The notes below the pieces were generated by a model. The model ran no database searches. It saw only the letters and a program-made list of their open reading frames with translations, and was not told the origin of the DNA. Positions 8,575 through 18,200 of a stretch of DNA of 20,000 bases are shown here, one piece after another. This DNA is from an uncultured virus (IMG/VR IMGVR_UViG_3300020385_000009). Taxonomy: Duplodnaviria; Heunggongvirae; Uroviricota; Caudoviricetes. Made by a program: the position numbers and the translations under genes. How positions within the stretch are numbered: the first letter of the stretch is position 1; each line of letters begins with the position of its first letter. The stretch is taken from the IMG/VR virus record IMGVR_UViG_3300020385_000009. One strand, written 5' to 3'.

Positions 8575-9129
8575 TTATTGGTTATCTTTCATGTTTTGAT
8601 ATAAATCAACAACATTTACTTCAACATAATCATTATTACTTAAATGTAACACAGTATATTGTGAATCTCTATTATCAGTATCCACTACTTCTAATTCATT
8701 ACCTTTTGAATAATCTTCGGATAAATCCTGATTATCTTTTAGATTTTGATATAAACCAATAACATCTACTTCAACAAAACTACCATTACTTAAACGTAAT
8801 ATAGTATTTCGTGAATCTACATTGTCAGTTCCTACTACTTTTACTTCTTCATCATCTCCTTGTGATTTTCCTGAAAGTATTCCAACTATTTCTGCTTCTA
8901 AATCATCACTTTCATCACCAAAAAGATATTCTTTTGTGCTAGCTTCTACTTTAGATATTATATTATATATAGATTGATTGTCTAAATTTTGTTTTTCATC
9001 AGGAGACATATTATTAATTATATCTAGTACTTTTGATTTAACATTATCATAATTAGCGGGTGCCTCGTTTAAAGATTTAATACCTGCTAATTTTTGAAAT
9101 CGTTCTACTAATAAATTATTCTTTTTCAT
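8575..9129 (-). CDS. Acidic hypothetical protein with a tandemly duplicated ~41-aa C-terminal unit; putative internal head protein
   Basis: Leader LLVERFQKLAGIKSLNE; two copies of V-V-TDN-DS--T-L-LSN---VEV-V--LYQN-KDNQ. Confidence 0.75.
   Translation of the reverse strand: MKKNNLLVERFQKLAGIKSLNEAPANYDNVKSKVLDIINNMSPDEKQNLDNQSIYNIISKVEASTKEYLFGDESDDLEAEIVGILSGKSQGDDEEVKVVGTDNVDSRNTILRLSNGSFVEVDVIGLYQNLKDNQDLSEDYSKGNELEVVDTDNRDSQYTVLHLSNNDYVEVNVVDLYQNMKDNQ
8578..8850 (-). repeat. Intragenic tandem duplication (two units of about 123 bp)
   Basis: EEVKVVGTDNVDSRNTILRLSNGSFVEVDVIGLYQNLKDNQ versus NELEVVDTDNRDSQYTVLHLSNNDYVEVNVVDLYQNMKDNQ. Confidence 0.85.
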
Positions 9130-9135
9130 TTTGTT

Positions 9136-9531
9136 TTATTTTTTATTTCTCTTTTCTAATGAACGACCACCGAAGTAAGCGCCTATAACAGTAATTAGTA
9201 CTAATTGAAGAAGATCTGTCCATTTTGGTTCTACTTCAAATGCAATTGTTCCTGCATCGATAAATATCATAAGAACAGTTGAAACTACCAAAAATATTAA
9301 CACTAAAGGTCGAACATTTTTTGACAACCAAGAATCTGAATTCATATCTGCTGACCATCGATCAGTAATATTTTGTTCCATTTTCGCTTCATGGTTCTTT
9401 ATTAATTCTTCCATTTTACGTTTTGCTTCGAGTTTTTCAGCTTTGGTGGTTGTTAAATTATCTAAAACACCACCCACACCTTCAACTAACTCTTTAGCTC
9501 CACTTGAAAATATTTTATTTAATATACTCAT
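9136..9531 (-). CDS. 3-TM-type holin (GTA holin-like family)
   Basis: DSWLSKNVRPL followed by a hydrophobic helix, then a second helix ending GAYFGGRSLEK, typical of this family. Confidence 0.75.
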   Translation of the reverse strand: MSILNKIFSSGAKELVEGVGGVLDNLTTTKAEKLEAKRKMEELIKNHEAKMEQNITDRWSADMNSDSWLSKNVRPLVLIFLVVSTVLMIFIDAGTIAFEVEPKWTDLLQLVLITVIGAYFGGRSLEKRNKK

Positions 9532-9536
9532 AATTT

Positions 9537-9797
9537 TTATTTTGTAAATCCTACATTTAAATCTCCACCTGCTCTTTTATAATCAACAGCAAATTTATTT
9601 AATTTAACTTGCATGTCACTATCTTTAGGATCATATTTAGATGGAAACTCTGTTCCTCTTGTTAATGTTTTAAAAAGATTTTGAAGTTTATCTCTTACAA
9701 TAGCATTATAAACATTTTTACCTCTTTGAACCATTGCTTCTTCTTTTATTTCAGCAATAGCTTCTTTAACTAATATTTTTAAGTCAGATTTTTTCAT
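9537..9797 (-). CDS. Hypothetical protein, putative internal head protein
   Basis: Leader MKKSDLKILVKEAIAEIKEE. Confidence 0.7.
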   Translation of the reverse strand: MKKSDLKILVKEAIAEIKEEAMVQRGKNVYNAIVRDKLQNLFKTLTRGTEFPSKYDPKDSDMQVKLNKFAVDYKRAGGDLNVGFTK

Positions 9798-9798
9798 T

Positions 9799-10197
9799 TT
9801 ATTTAGGGCTATTTGTTAATCTGTAGTTTTTATAAAAATCTTCCCAATCTCTAAAAAGTAAATTACCTTTTAAATAAGCTTCTTTTTCCATGTCTCTCAT
9901 ATGTTCATCATCTTGAGCATATGTTGCAGATGAAGCATCACCCATTTCTAAATCACCTCTTAAATTTTGAACATGATGTATTAATTCATGGGCAAATGAT
10001 CTACAAATGTCTTTTGGGTGTCTGTTTGTAATATATAATACTACTGTTTGGGTAGCAGGTTCATAGTAAGCTGTTTTACCAAAAATACCTTCAGCATTTT
10101 CTTCGTCTTCACGAAGAATTAATTTAGGAGTAGATTTAATTTGAAACTTCTCCTGTGCTGCTTTATATACTTCTGCTAATGCTTCTTTTAGTTCCAT
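9799..10197 (-). CDS. Zincin-like metallopeptidase domain protein
   Basis: RSFAHELIHHVQ (HExxH) with downstream EKEAY as a likely third ligand; GKTAYY upstream. Confidence 0.75.
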   Translation of the reverse strand: MELKEALAEVYKAAQEKFQIKSTPKLILREDEENAEGIFGKTAYYEPATQTVVLYITNRHPKDICRSFAHELIHHVQNLRGDLEMGDASSATYAQDDEHMRDMEKEAYLKGNLLFRDWEDFYKNYRLTNSPK

Positions 10198-10466
10198 TAT
10201 TTTATCATTTTACCCATTCGTTGTAGTAGAGGGGTTACTGAGCCATCTTGCATAGCTTGAATTACACTAGCTACTAAAAGATCTAATGCTTTAATTTCAC
10301 TTGTGTCTAGACCTTTGTATGTTCCTCTTTTTAAATCTTTAGATAATTGTAAAAATTTATTACCTAAATCAGTTACACTTCGAGAAGTTTCATCTTCAGG
10401 AGCTACTTGATTAGTCATATTATCAATTTCTTCCCTAATGTATTTTCTAAGTTGTTCCTTTTTCAT
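10197..10466 (-). CDS. Hypothetical protein, putative internal head protein
   Basis: Leader MKKEQLRKYIREEI. Confidence 0.7.
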   Translation of the reverse strand: MKKEQLRKYIREEIDNMTNQVAPEDETSRSVTDLGNKFLQLSKDLKRGTYKGLDTSEIKALDLLVASVIQAMQDGSVTPLLQRMGKMIK

Positions 10467-10470
10467 AGTT

Positions 10471-11055
10471 TTATTTTAATAATTGAGGAATTACTACTTT
10501 TGCTTTTGTAATTAAATCTGCTATATTTTTACTAGTTGCTAAGTCTTCAAAAAATTCACCTGCTAAATCTTTTCCTATAGATAATATGTCGGGGGATTTT
10601 GATATATCTGTTCCTAAAGCCATTATCATTAATGTAGTAGCTTTAAGAAATTTTGCTATTTTATCTCTTTTAGGCGAATCTTTTACGAATGGTTTTAACA
10701 TTATTCTAAAAGGAGTATCAAGATACCCATCCATTTTGTCTGTAAATTGAATTATATATTCAAGAGGTGTAGGGCCATCTTTACTTAAATTAAATCTTTC
10801 AGGTGCCTTTGCTTTTATAGATTGTATTATTCTAGCTACACCATTAACTATTCCAGGAATTGCTAATACAAATCCTACAGTAGTTAATCCTATAATTTCA
10901 TTTATAGAATCTTCTTCTTCAGCTGCTTTTTCTAATTCATCACCTATAATGTCGTCAATTTTACTTAAATCAGAAAAATTAGGTTCTTCTTCATAAAGAA
11001 CATTTTCTGTTATAATTCCTGCTAAGAATTGCATTCGTTTTAATTGACTATTCAT
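10471..11055 (-). CDS. Hypothetical protein with a hydrophobic segment, putative internal head protein
   Basis: Leader LKRMQFLAGIITE; the INE site is followed by hydrophobic IIGLTTVGFVLAIPGIVNGV. Confidence 0.72.
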   Translation of the reverse strand: MNSQLKRMQFLAGIITENVLYEEEPNFSDLSKIDDIIGDELEKAAEEEDSINEIIGLTTVGFVLAIPGIVNGVARIIQSIKAKAPERFNLSKDGPTPLEYIIQFTDKMDGYLDTPFRIMLKPFVKDSPKRDKIAKFLKATTLMIMALGTDISKSPDILSIGKDLAGEFFEDLATSKNIADLITKAKVVIPQLLK

Positions 11056-11059
11056 AATA

Positions 11060-11575
11060 TTATATCATATCAGATTCTGGTTCAGTTTCTGCTGGTTCAT
11101 CTTCTTCAGGTTCTTCAGCTGTGTCATCATCTCCTGAAGGTAAACCTCCACCCATTCCAGTAGTAGATCCTCCACCACTTGATGATCCTCCTCCAAAGTC
11201 TCCATCACTTTCTTCTCCATCACTGTCTCCAAAATTAGGAGGAAGTGGTGCTGTAAGAAGTCTGTTGAGAGCATCGATAGCGTAATTTTTATCATCCATT
11301 ACTAACAAATCATATTCTTTGTCTGCTATACGAACTTTAAAGTTATTTAATTGATCACCTAAATATATAATATCAAAATCTTGACCATTATGTAAAAATA
11401 TTTTATATGAAGGTGGAATTGAATTAACTGCCTTAATATTATTAATGTAGCGTTTTAAAGGTCTCATTTCGAGTTCACCTTTTAACACATCCATTAATTC
11501 TAAAGGAACAGGATATGATTTTTGTTCGTGTAAAGATTGAATTTCTTTACGAATATATTTTCTTAATTTATCCAT
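11060..11575 (-). CDS. Hypothetical protein with Gly/acidic disordered tail
   Basis: Leader MDKLRKYIRKEIQSLHE; tail GGGSSSGGGS...EEPEEDEPAETEPE. Confidence 0.75.
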   Translation of the reverse strand: MDKLRKYIRKEIQSLHEQKSYPVPLELMDVLKGELEMRPLKRYINNIKAVNSIPPSYKIFLHNGQDFDIIYLGDQLNNFKVRIADKEYDLLVMDDKNYAIDALNRLLTAPLPPNFGDSDGEESDGDFGGGSSSGGGSTTGMGGGLPSGDDDTAEEPEEDEPAETEPESDMI

Positions 11576-12420
11576 TATGCGTTGTAAATACCTGACGAAA
11601 GTGGTTTATTTTCATTATTGATTACTGATTCGTCTGGGTTATTAACTATGTCTGAAGCTTCATTTTTAAATGCTTTTTCGTTCATTTCGTATTCAAGCTT
11701 CATTTCTTTCATCTTAGTATATTGTTTTCTAAATTTTTCTACTAATGATTCAGGTACTTGAACTCCTTTATTTGCATAATCTAAAACAATTTCTTCATTT
11801 GTTCTACCCATTTCAAATAAGTCATTCATTTTTCCAGCTACACTTTCCATAAGAATACTACGTTTAGCTTCTTTTCGGTGTGTAATCATTTGTTCATTTA
11901 GATTAGTCTCTTTTCGTGAAGACATATAATCTTTTAGTAGGTCTGATTTTTTCATTTTGCTTTCTTTTTGTATATTTACTGTGTCTCCTGGTTCTAAATT
12001 ATCTGGAACATCATTAGGGTCAGAAACATTATATTCTGCTTCACCCATGTTTCTAGGATCTTCCTCATCACCCAAAATAGATGCTAATTCTGAATCCATC
12101 ATTGCTTGAACAAAAGCTGCTTTTGGGTTTTCTGGCATTACATTTATTAAACCTGCTTTCATCATACCCATAAAATATAATTTAGCTTTATCATCTAATG
12201 ATAGATTTCTTTTTGAGTTTTTTAAATTTTCTTCAAATTTAGTAAATCGTGTTCTGTTTGGGTTTGGCATAGCTCTGTCTTTATTATAGTGGTTACCTTC
12301 ACCACCATATCTGTTTTTTTCTAAATAATTATTCAATTCGGCTTCATCATCTACGAATGGGCGTGGTGACGCCTTTTTCATTGTATGATGTCCACTATAT
12401 TCTTTAAGTTTGTTAGCCAT
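11575..12420 (-). CDS. Hypothetical acidic protein, putative internal head protein
   Basis: 281 aa; LKE, LNE and LME sites; internal MKKSDL segment; preceded by ATATTTAT. Confidence 0.75.
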   Translation of the reverse strand: MANKLKEYSGHHTMKKASPRPFVDDEAELNNYLEKNRYGGEGNHYNKDRAMPNPNRTRFTKFEENLKNSKRNLSLDDKAKLYFMGMMKAGLINVMPENPKAAFVQAMMDSELASILGDEEDPRNMGEAEYNVSDPNDVPDNLEPGDTVNIQKESKMKKSDLLKDYMSSRKETNLNEQMITHRKEAKRSILMESVAGKMNDLFEMGRTNEEIVLDYANKGVQVPESLVEKFRKQYTKMKEMKLEYEMNEKAFKNEASDIVNNPDESVINNENKPLSSGIYNA

Positions 12421-12426
12421 TTTATT

Positions 12427-12434
12427 ATAAATAT
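12427..12434 (-). promoter_or_regulatory. Putative late promoter motif ATATTTAT
   Basis: Recurrent motif in a 13-nt intergenic gap. Confidence 0.55.
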
Positions 12435-13018
12435 TAATCTTCTTCGTTAGTTAATTCTTTTTTTACAGCTTCGCGACCTTGTTGGGCTGCTTTTGAAATT
12501 GCAGCTGACATTTTACTTACATCTACCCCACCTTTCCATCTTTCTAATTCACCATGTTCTGATATGTATCCCTCATTTGATTGATTAGCTAATTCAAGAA
12601 ACATATTTTCTGTTTCGTCAATTTCAGTAAGACGATTTTTTAATTTTAGCGTTTTAATATAATTTTCATATTTACCTTCTATTCTTAGTTTATGTTCAAA
12701 TTCTATAACACATTCAAAACACATCTTATGGATTTTATAATTAGGTTTGTCAAGGCGTTTTTTCATTACTTTACTACATTTAGGACAACATAAGGGCATA
12801 AATATTTCCTTTTTAATTTTGTCCATTTTTGAGACAGTTTGTTTAATACCATCCTTAATTGTCCAAGTTTTTTTATTTTCAACCCAAACATCGCCTTCTT
12901 TATAGTCGACTCTTTTTTTCTTATAACCTACCTGCGTTTCAGATGAAGCACCAGATTTGCCCGTAAGTATATTACGGGCTCTCTCTACATCTTTACGCTT
13001 GAATTCTTTTTTTAACAT
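12434..13018 (-). CDS. Hypothetical protein with a C4 zinc finger
   Basis: CPKC-x18-CFEC; N-terminal EGDVWVENKKTWTIKDGIK. Confidence 0.75.
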   Translation of the reverse strand: MLKKEFKRKDVERARNILTGKSGASSETQVGYKKKRVDYKEGDVWVENKKTWTIKDGIKQTVSKMDKIKKEIFMPLCCPKCSKVMKKRLDKPNYKIHKMCFECVIEFEHKLRIEGKYENYIKTLKLKNRLTEIDETENMFLELANQSNEGYISEHGELERWKGGVDVSKMSAAISKAAQQGREAVKKELTNEED

Positions 13019-13027
13019 AACTTTTTT

Positions 13028-15271
13028 TTAGTTTCTTTTTCTTGGTTGTTGTGATAACCCATATCCTATTCTACCTGTGTCTGGTTTATTTGCATAGTAA
13101 TCTGACTGTGCACTTGCTTCATCTGATAGGGCCTTTTTTGCTAACATTTCATTTTTCTTTAAAGAAGGTTGTAATATTCTAAATATATTAAATAAATCGT
13201 CGTCTGACAAATCTTTCCAGGTTTGAACAGATTTAAATTTTGTTTTAGCATTAAATACTCTATCATCATAATAACTTAAAGTTTCAATTGTATGATTTCC
13301 ATTTTCATTTAAGCTTAAGTTTAATCTACCTCCCCAATTTCCTGCATGAGTCCATTTAAATGCAAAACCACCTGTGCCATCTTCAAATTTATATTCTTGA
13401 TATCCTACATTTTCATTATATCCATCTTCTAATATACCTGTGATTTCTCTAATTTTTTTTTCTATATCATCAACTAAAGTTTGGGAAAATAAAGATGATT
13501 TTTCTTCATTTATGTTTTTTTTTTCTTCACTTAAACCCCCCATTACTTTAACAACCTCCTTATTAAACATTCTTAATCGCATTTGAGCATCTTTACGATA
13601 CCCATCTCCTAAAAGTTCAGCAGCCATAAATAAATGAGTAACTAAATCATCATACTTATCACCATTATCATAATTCCATCTGTCCCATGCTGCTGCGAGT
13701 TTAGATATTTTTTCTTCACCATCTCGAACGTCAGCATGTTTAGATAATTGAAGTAATTTTGATAATTGTTCATCTTCATTTAAATATCCTAATTCGGATG
13801 CCATTTCTTTAAGTCCAGAAGGTTTACTTAGACCTTTCATGGGTCTATTTTTTATTAAATCAAGGGCAGCTAATGCTAATTCTTGACCTCTAATGTCTCC
13901 ATTCATTTCTGCTTTTTCGAATGCTGCTCGGGCAATTTTTAATTGGTCTTCTTTTGATTTTGCTTCTTCTAAAGATTTAATTGTTCCATCTGTAGACAGG
14001 ATGCTGCTTGCTTTTGTCTTGCCATTACCTTTATCGTATGATACACTATAATATATTTTACCGTTGTATTCTTTAACACCTGTAATCACTGCTGGGTGGC
14101 CTAAGTATGTTACTTTTTCACCTTTAGTGTATGTAGTGTATTTAGGTTCTATTCCTTTTGCTACTCTTAGGTTTTTAGCTGCAGTTTCAGGATCCCATTC
14201 GCTTGTGTAAGCTTCATTTGATTCTCTAGACTCATCTACATCCATGTAATCATTGTGTTGTGCTTCTATTTCGTGAGGTTTTTCCTTTAGAGCAGCAACA
14301 ATTGAATCTACAATATATTCTACAAAATTTCCATCAGAATCTAAAATCGCTTCATCATATCTTTGTGGAATTTCTATGTTAATTCCTTTAGATTGTAAAA
14401 ATTTATTAACTTCTTCTATATAGCTTAATTTGACTCTTTTACCTTTAAGACCAGGTTCACTGTATGTATTAAATCCATAAAATCTACCACTCTCAGTGTA
14501 AACCATGTTTATACTTTTAACGTCAAAGTCTATATTTTCAAATTTATCAAATTCATTAATTACTGCTTCGTCTAGTTCTCTTTTAGCATTATTTATCCAA
14601 GTATTAGCTTCACCTTCACCTTTGATAGTTTTAACTTTTTTTCCATTTTTAAAAATATCATACATACCATTACCAATAAATTTTTTCTTAAATATTTGGT
14701 CTTTTGGATTAGGAGCAGTTAAACGGTCAAAGTTTCCACTTGACATTCGGGGGTCGTGAAAATTTCCAATTTCATCTAAATAACCTAACTCTCTAGCTGC
14801 TTCTTCTAAACCTGGATCCATACCTTGTTGGCGTCTATCATCCATAGCTGATTGTTGTGCCATTTGGTCATATTCATCGTCTGAAGGGCCGTCTGGTTTA
14901 AAGTCTTTAGCTTCAATGTCTACAACAACAGCGCCAATTTTCTTTTCTATAAATTCAATAACTACATCCCGTAATAATCGAATGGCAGTCATAGTTCCGC
15001 CTCTTTTACTTCTGTCTAGAGAAAATTTAACATACACTGATGATTCATCTTCTTGTGGTCCCGATTCTAATGCACCTACTTCTACTTTAATTCCGTATTT
15101 GTTTACAACTTCATTATTTTCAACATAGTCTATTACACTACTCATGTCACCATCAGAAGGTGATGCATACACATCAATTTTATAATGTAAATTTACTACA
15201 TCACCCTTAACTTCTGCTTCGTGTAGTGTTTTAATTTGTTCTTTAATGAACTTTCGGATTATTTTTTTCAT
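13028..15271 (-). CDS. Large mosaic acidic protein, putative protease-processed internal head polyprotein
   Basis: Leader MKKIIRKFIKEQIKTLHE; modules separated by LxE/IxE sites; repeated linker GL[EK]E[AM]A[RS]ELGYL[DN]E; SH3/KOW-like module YTKGEKVTYLGHPAVITGV...YYSVSY. Confidence 0.8.
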   Translation of the reverse strand: MKKIIRKFIKEQIKTLHEAEVKGDVVNLHYKIDVYASPSDGDMSSVIDYVENNEVVNKYGIKVEVGALESGPQEDESSVYVKFSLDRSKRGGTMTAIRLLRDVVIEFIEKKIGAVVVDIEAKDFKPDGPSDDEYDQMAQQSAMDDRRQQGMDPGLEEAARELGYLDEIGNFHDPRMSSGNFDRLTAPNPKDQIFKKKFIGNGMYDIFKNGKKVKTIKGEGEANTWINNAKRELDEAVINEFDKFENIDFDVKSINMVYTESGRFYGFNTYSEPGLKGKRVKLSYIEEVNKFLQSKGINIEIPQRYDEAILDSDGNFVEYIVDSIVAALKEKPHEIEAQHNDYMDVDESRESNEAYTSEWDPETAAKNLRVAKGIEPKYTTYTKGEKVTYLGHPAVITGVKEYNGKIYYSVSYDKGNGKTKASSILSTDGTIKSLEEAKSKEDQLKIARAAFEKAEMNGDIRGQELALAALDLIKNRPMKGLSKPSGLKEMASELGYLNEDEQLSKLLQLSKHADVRDGEEKISKLAAAWDRWNYDNGDKYDDLVTHLFMAAELLGDGYRKDAQMRLRMFNKEVVKVMGGLSEEKKNINEEKSSLFSQTLVDDIEKKIREITGILEDGYNENVGYQEYKFEDGTGGFAFKWTHAGNWGGRLNLSLNENGNHTIETLSYYDDRVFNAKTKFKSVQTWKDLSDDDLFNIFRILQPSLKKNEMLAKKALSDEASAQSDYYANKPDTGRIGYGLSQQPRKRN

Positions 15272-15281
15272 TGTGTTATGT

Positions 15282-18200
15282 TTAAAAGTCGGAGACCATT
15301 CCTCCTAATATAAATTTACCTGTTATTTTAAATGGTATGTTTGCAATTTTTTCATCTCTAACTACTACACCTTCATGGTTTTCAACTGAACCCATTGGTG
15401 AATTTAATACTTTAAGCACTTCATCGCCTAATTTTTCTGTTCCAAGGTAGGTTGCAAAGCCGTTTATAGCTTTTTGTTTGTCGTCTTGGTCTTCAAATAA
15501 TTCATCTACATTGCCTCCTTTAAGGATTGCAAGATAAACTTGTTTAGACACAGCGCCAACTTTTTTCTTACCGCTTCCTACATTCATAAATATAAAGTCA
15601 CTTACAGGAATGTTATCCATTCCCTCTAACCATTGTCCTAATGGTTTTACTTGAGCACCTTCGTTGGTTTCAACTGTATATCGTTTAGACAATGCTGCTC
15701 TAAAATTAGGTTTTGTTGTCATTTCTGTTGGTACAGAACCATACACTTCAAATCCACGTTTTTTAGCGATAGGTGCTAGATTATTTAACAGTGATTGCAA
15801 AGCGCCTTTATCGTAGTTAAATTCTTGAGAATACCGTTTTACTAGCGGTTTACCTCTATACATTCGGCCTGGAACTTCTTCCATTTTAACTTTATTTAAA
15901 CCATGAATGGCAATAAAATTAGAACCATAATCTTGTACGTTTGTTTTACCACTTACATATTCCATATTAAATAATATGCTGGGGTCATCAAGTGCGCCTA
16001 ATTTTTTAAGGTCGCCTTGAATAGAAGGTAATGCTTCATTAAACATGTCTAACACTTCACCACCTACTTTAATCATTCCATGTCCTGGACTAAATCTATC
16101 TTCTAAATCAGCTTTTGTAATACCTTTAATATCGAGATCTTTTTTAGAACCTCTATCCATTGCAAATTGTTTAGTACCACCTACATCAATTAAACGAATT
16201 GATGAATTTACACCATCAATTTTAACTGCGCCTGGATTTGTTTGTAATGAATTAGCTGCTTGATTAAATACATTTACTAAATCTCTACCTGATGTTACAT
16301 TTGGTAAGTCGAATGGGTGGGCCATATGTCCTGCAGCACCTCCTTCAGAAAGTAAAACTTCTTTAATTAATTTAGTAAAAAAAGCTTTTGATAATAATTT
16401 TTGTTCATTCATTGATTCATCTACTGGATTAATGATGTTTAGTATTTTTTCTACATTAGGATGTGTATTATTAGTATCTACTATTTTATATCCTTTAAGT
16501 GGTTTTTCTTGTTTAATAGCTAAAAAAGCTCTATGATTACCGTCCATTACTTCACCTGTATTATCTATTGTGATAGGAGGTGTTTTAGATAAATCTACTT
16601 TTCTTGGATCTGAATCTGTATCTCTAAAGTACCTATCTATTTTACCATTTATGTACTCTTGGTATTTTATTTCTCTTTCTTTCCTTATTTGAGGATTTAA
16701 TTTAAGATCAGTATAATTAATAGATATAGGTCCTTCTATTTTAAATTTATCTATATGAAATATAACTCTTTTAAATTCAGCGTAAGAATCATTTTCATAA
16801 TTATAATTTAAAAGGTCTTTTTGTTGAGGGAACATTTGTAGTAATAAAGTATGTATTTGTTTTGCTTTATTTGAATCTCTTAAAACATCTCCTATTTTAT
16901 TCCAATCATCTGAAGTCATTTGATGTTCATATATTAAATCTTCATCTAAACTAAATATTTTTTTACCTTCTTCATCCTCCCATGAAGTATTAGCCCCACT
17001 TTCATACATTTTATTAGGTGTATTATCATGTCCACAAGTGTGACAAATGTATAAATCATCTCCCCCATCTACTATACCCCATGTCCAACCACAATTGTCA
17101 CATATAATGTCAGTGTCTGTTACTGTTTCATTTAAGATTGCTTCTTTAAGTTCAATTTTATCTGATATTTCAGGAGGGGTTGATGAAAAGATGGTTTTAT
17201 AAATTCTTTTACGTTTTTCATCAGTTCCATCTACTACTATTTTATTGACATCTTCCTTATTTATAAAATCTTTTGTAATATTAAGGATAGTCTTGAATAT
17301 TTTTCTAGCATTTCCTTCCCCTGTCATTTGAAAAGTATCAATTTTGTTTAATTCTCCTTTATCTACCCCAAAAGACAGATCAAAGGTTTTTACTTCGGGG
17401 TTATATTCACCTGAATAAAATACAACTTTATAAGTATTATTAGGTGTTATAAATTTATATTCAGTTGCGATTAATGAATTATCCTCTTCATCATAAGTTT
17501 TATCTGTGATTTTAAAAGGGTAAAGATTAATGTCAGTGTCTGTTACTGTTTCGTTGTACATTTTACCGTATAATCCTCCTCTTTTATATTTGTAAGAAGG
17601 GGTGATGTCTTTTTTTGGACCGTCAGGCATTCCTGCTTTCCATTCACTACTTTTCATGTAATCAGAAACATGATCGTTAGGATCATATAAATCTTCTCCT
17701 ACAATATTAGCCATTTGTGATGGTAAGTTAGAAAATTGTCCTTTACTAATTTTATCTACTAAAAATGCTAATAAAACATTGCCTGTAACTCCTAATACTG
17801 GAAATGTAATTATAATACCAGCTGTTTTAAATAAATCTTTTGTATTTTGTTTTAATTTAGCTTTTTCTTCTATATCTAAAGAACTTCTATCATTAAGAAA
17901 TTTTTGAACTAATCCTTTATATCCTTTAAATGATCCTTTTTGATCATTCCATGCTTCTTTAAAATTTTTAAGGAGATTTTGAAGTTTATCTTTATTAGTT
18001 TTAATAAAATCTCGTATACCCTCATTTAAATTTTCATTTAGGGGGTTTTCTTGACTTTTTGTTACAATACTCCACGCATCTTGTTTATCTTTTTCAGATA
18101 CATGATCAGGTAAGGAATTATAAAAAAGAGTTTCTTGATCATTTCGGATAAAGCCTCTCATTTCAGTTCCTGACACCCCTCCTGCTTGTGGTGGTACTAA

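Noticed and set aside
11065..11295. Alternative-frame 76-aa ORF
   Set aside because: By-product of the low-complexity Gly/Glu tail of the 11060-11575 gene.
720..16263. Plus-strand ORFs at 720, 1159, 1644, 2647, 5903, 14505, 14916 and 16045
   Set aside because: All lie antisense to well-supported minus-strand genes and have no recognisable motifs.
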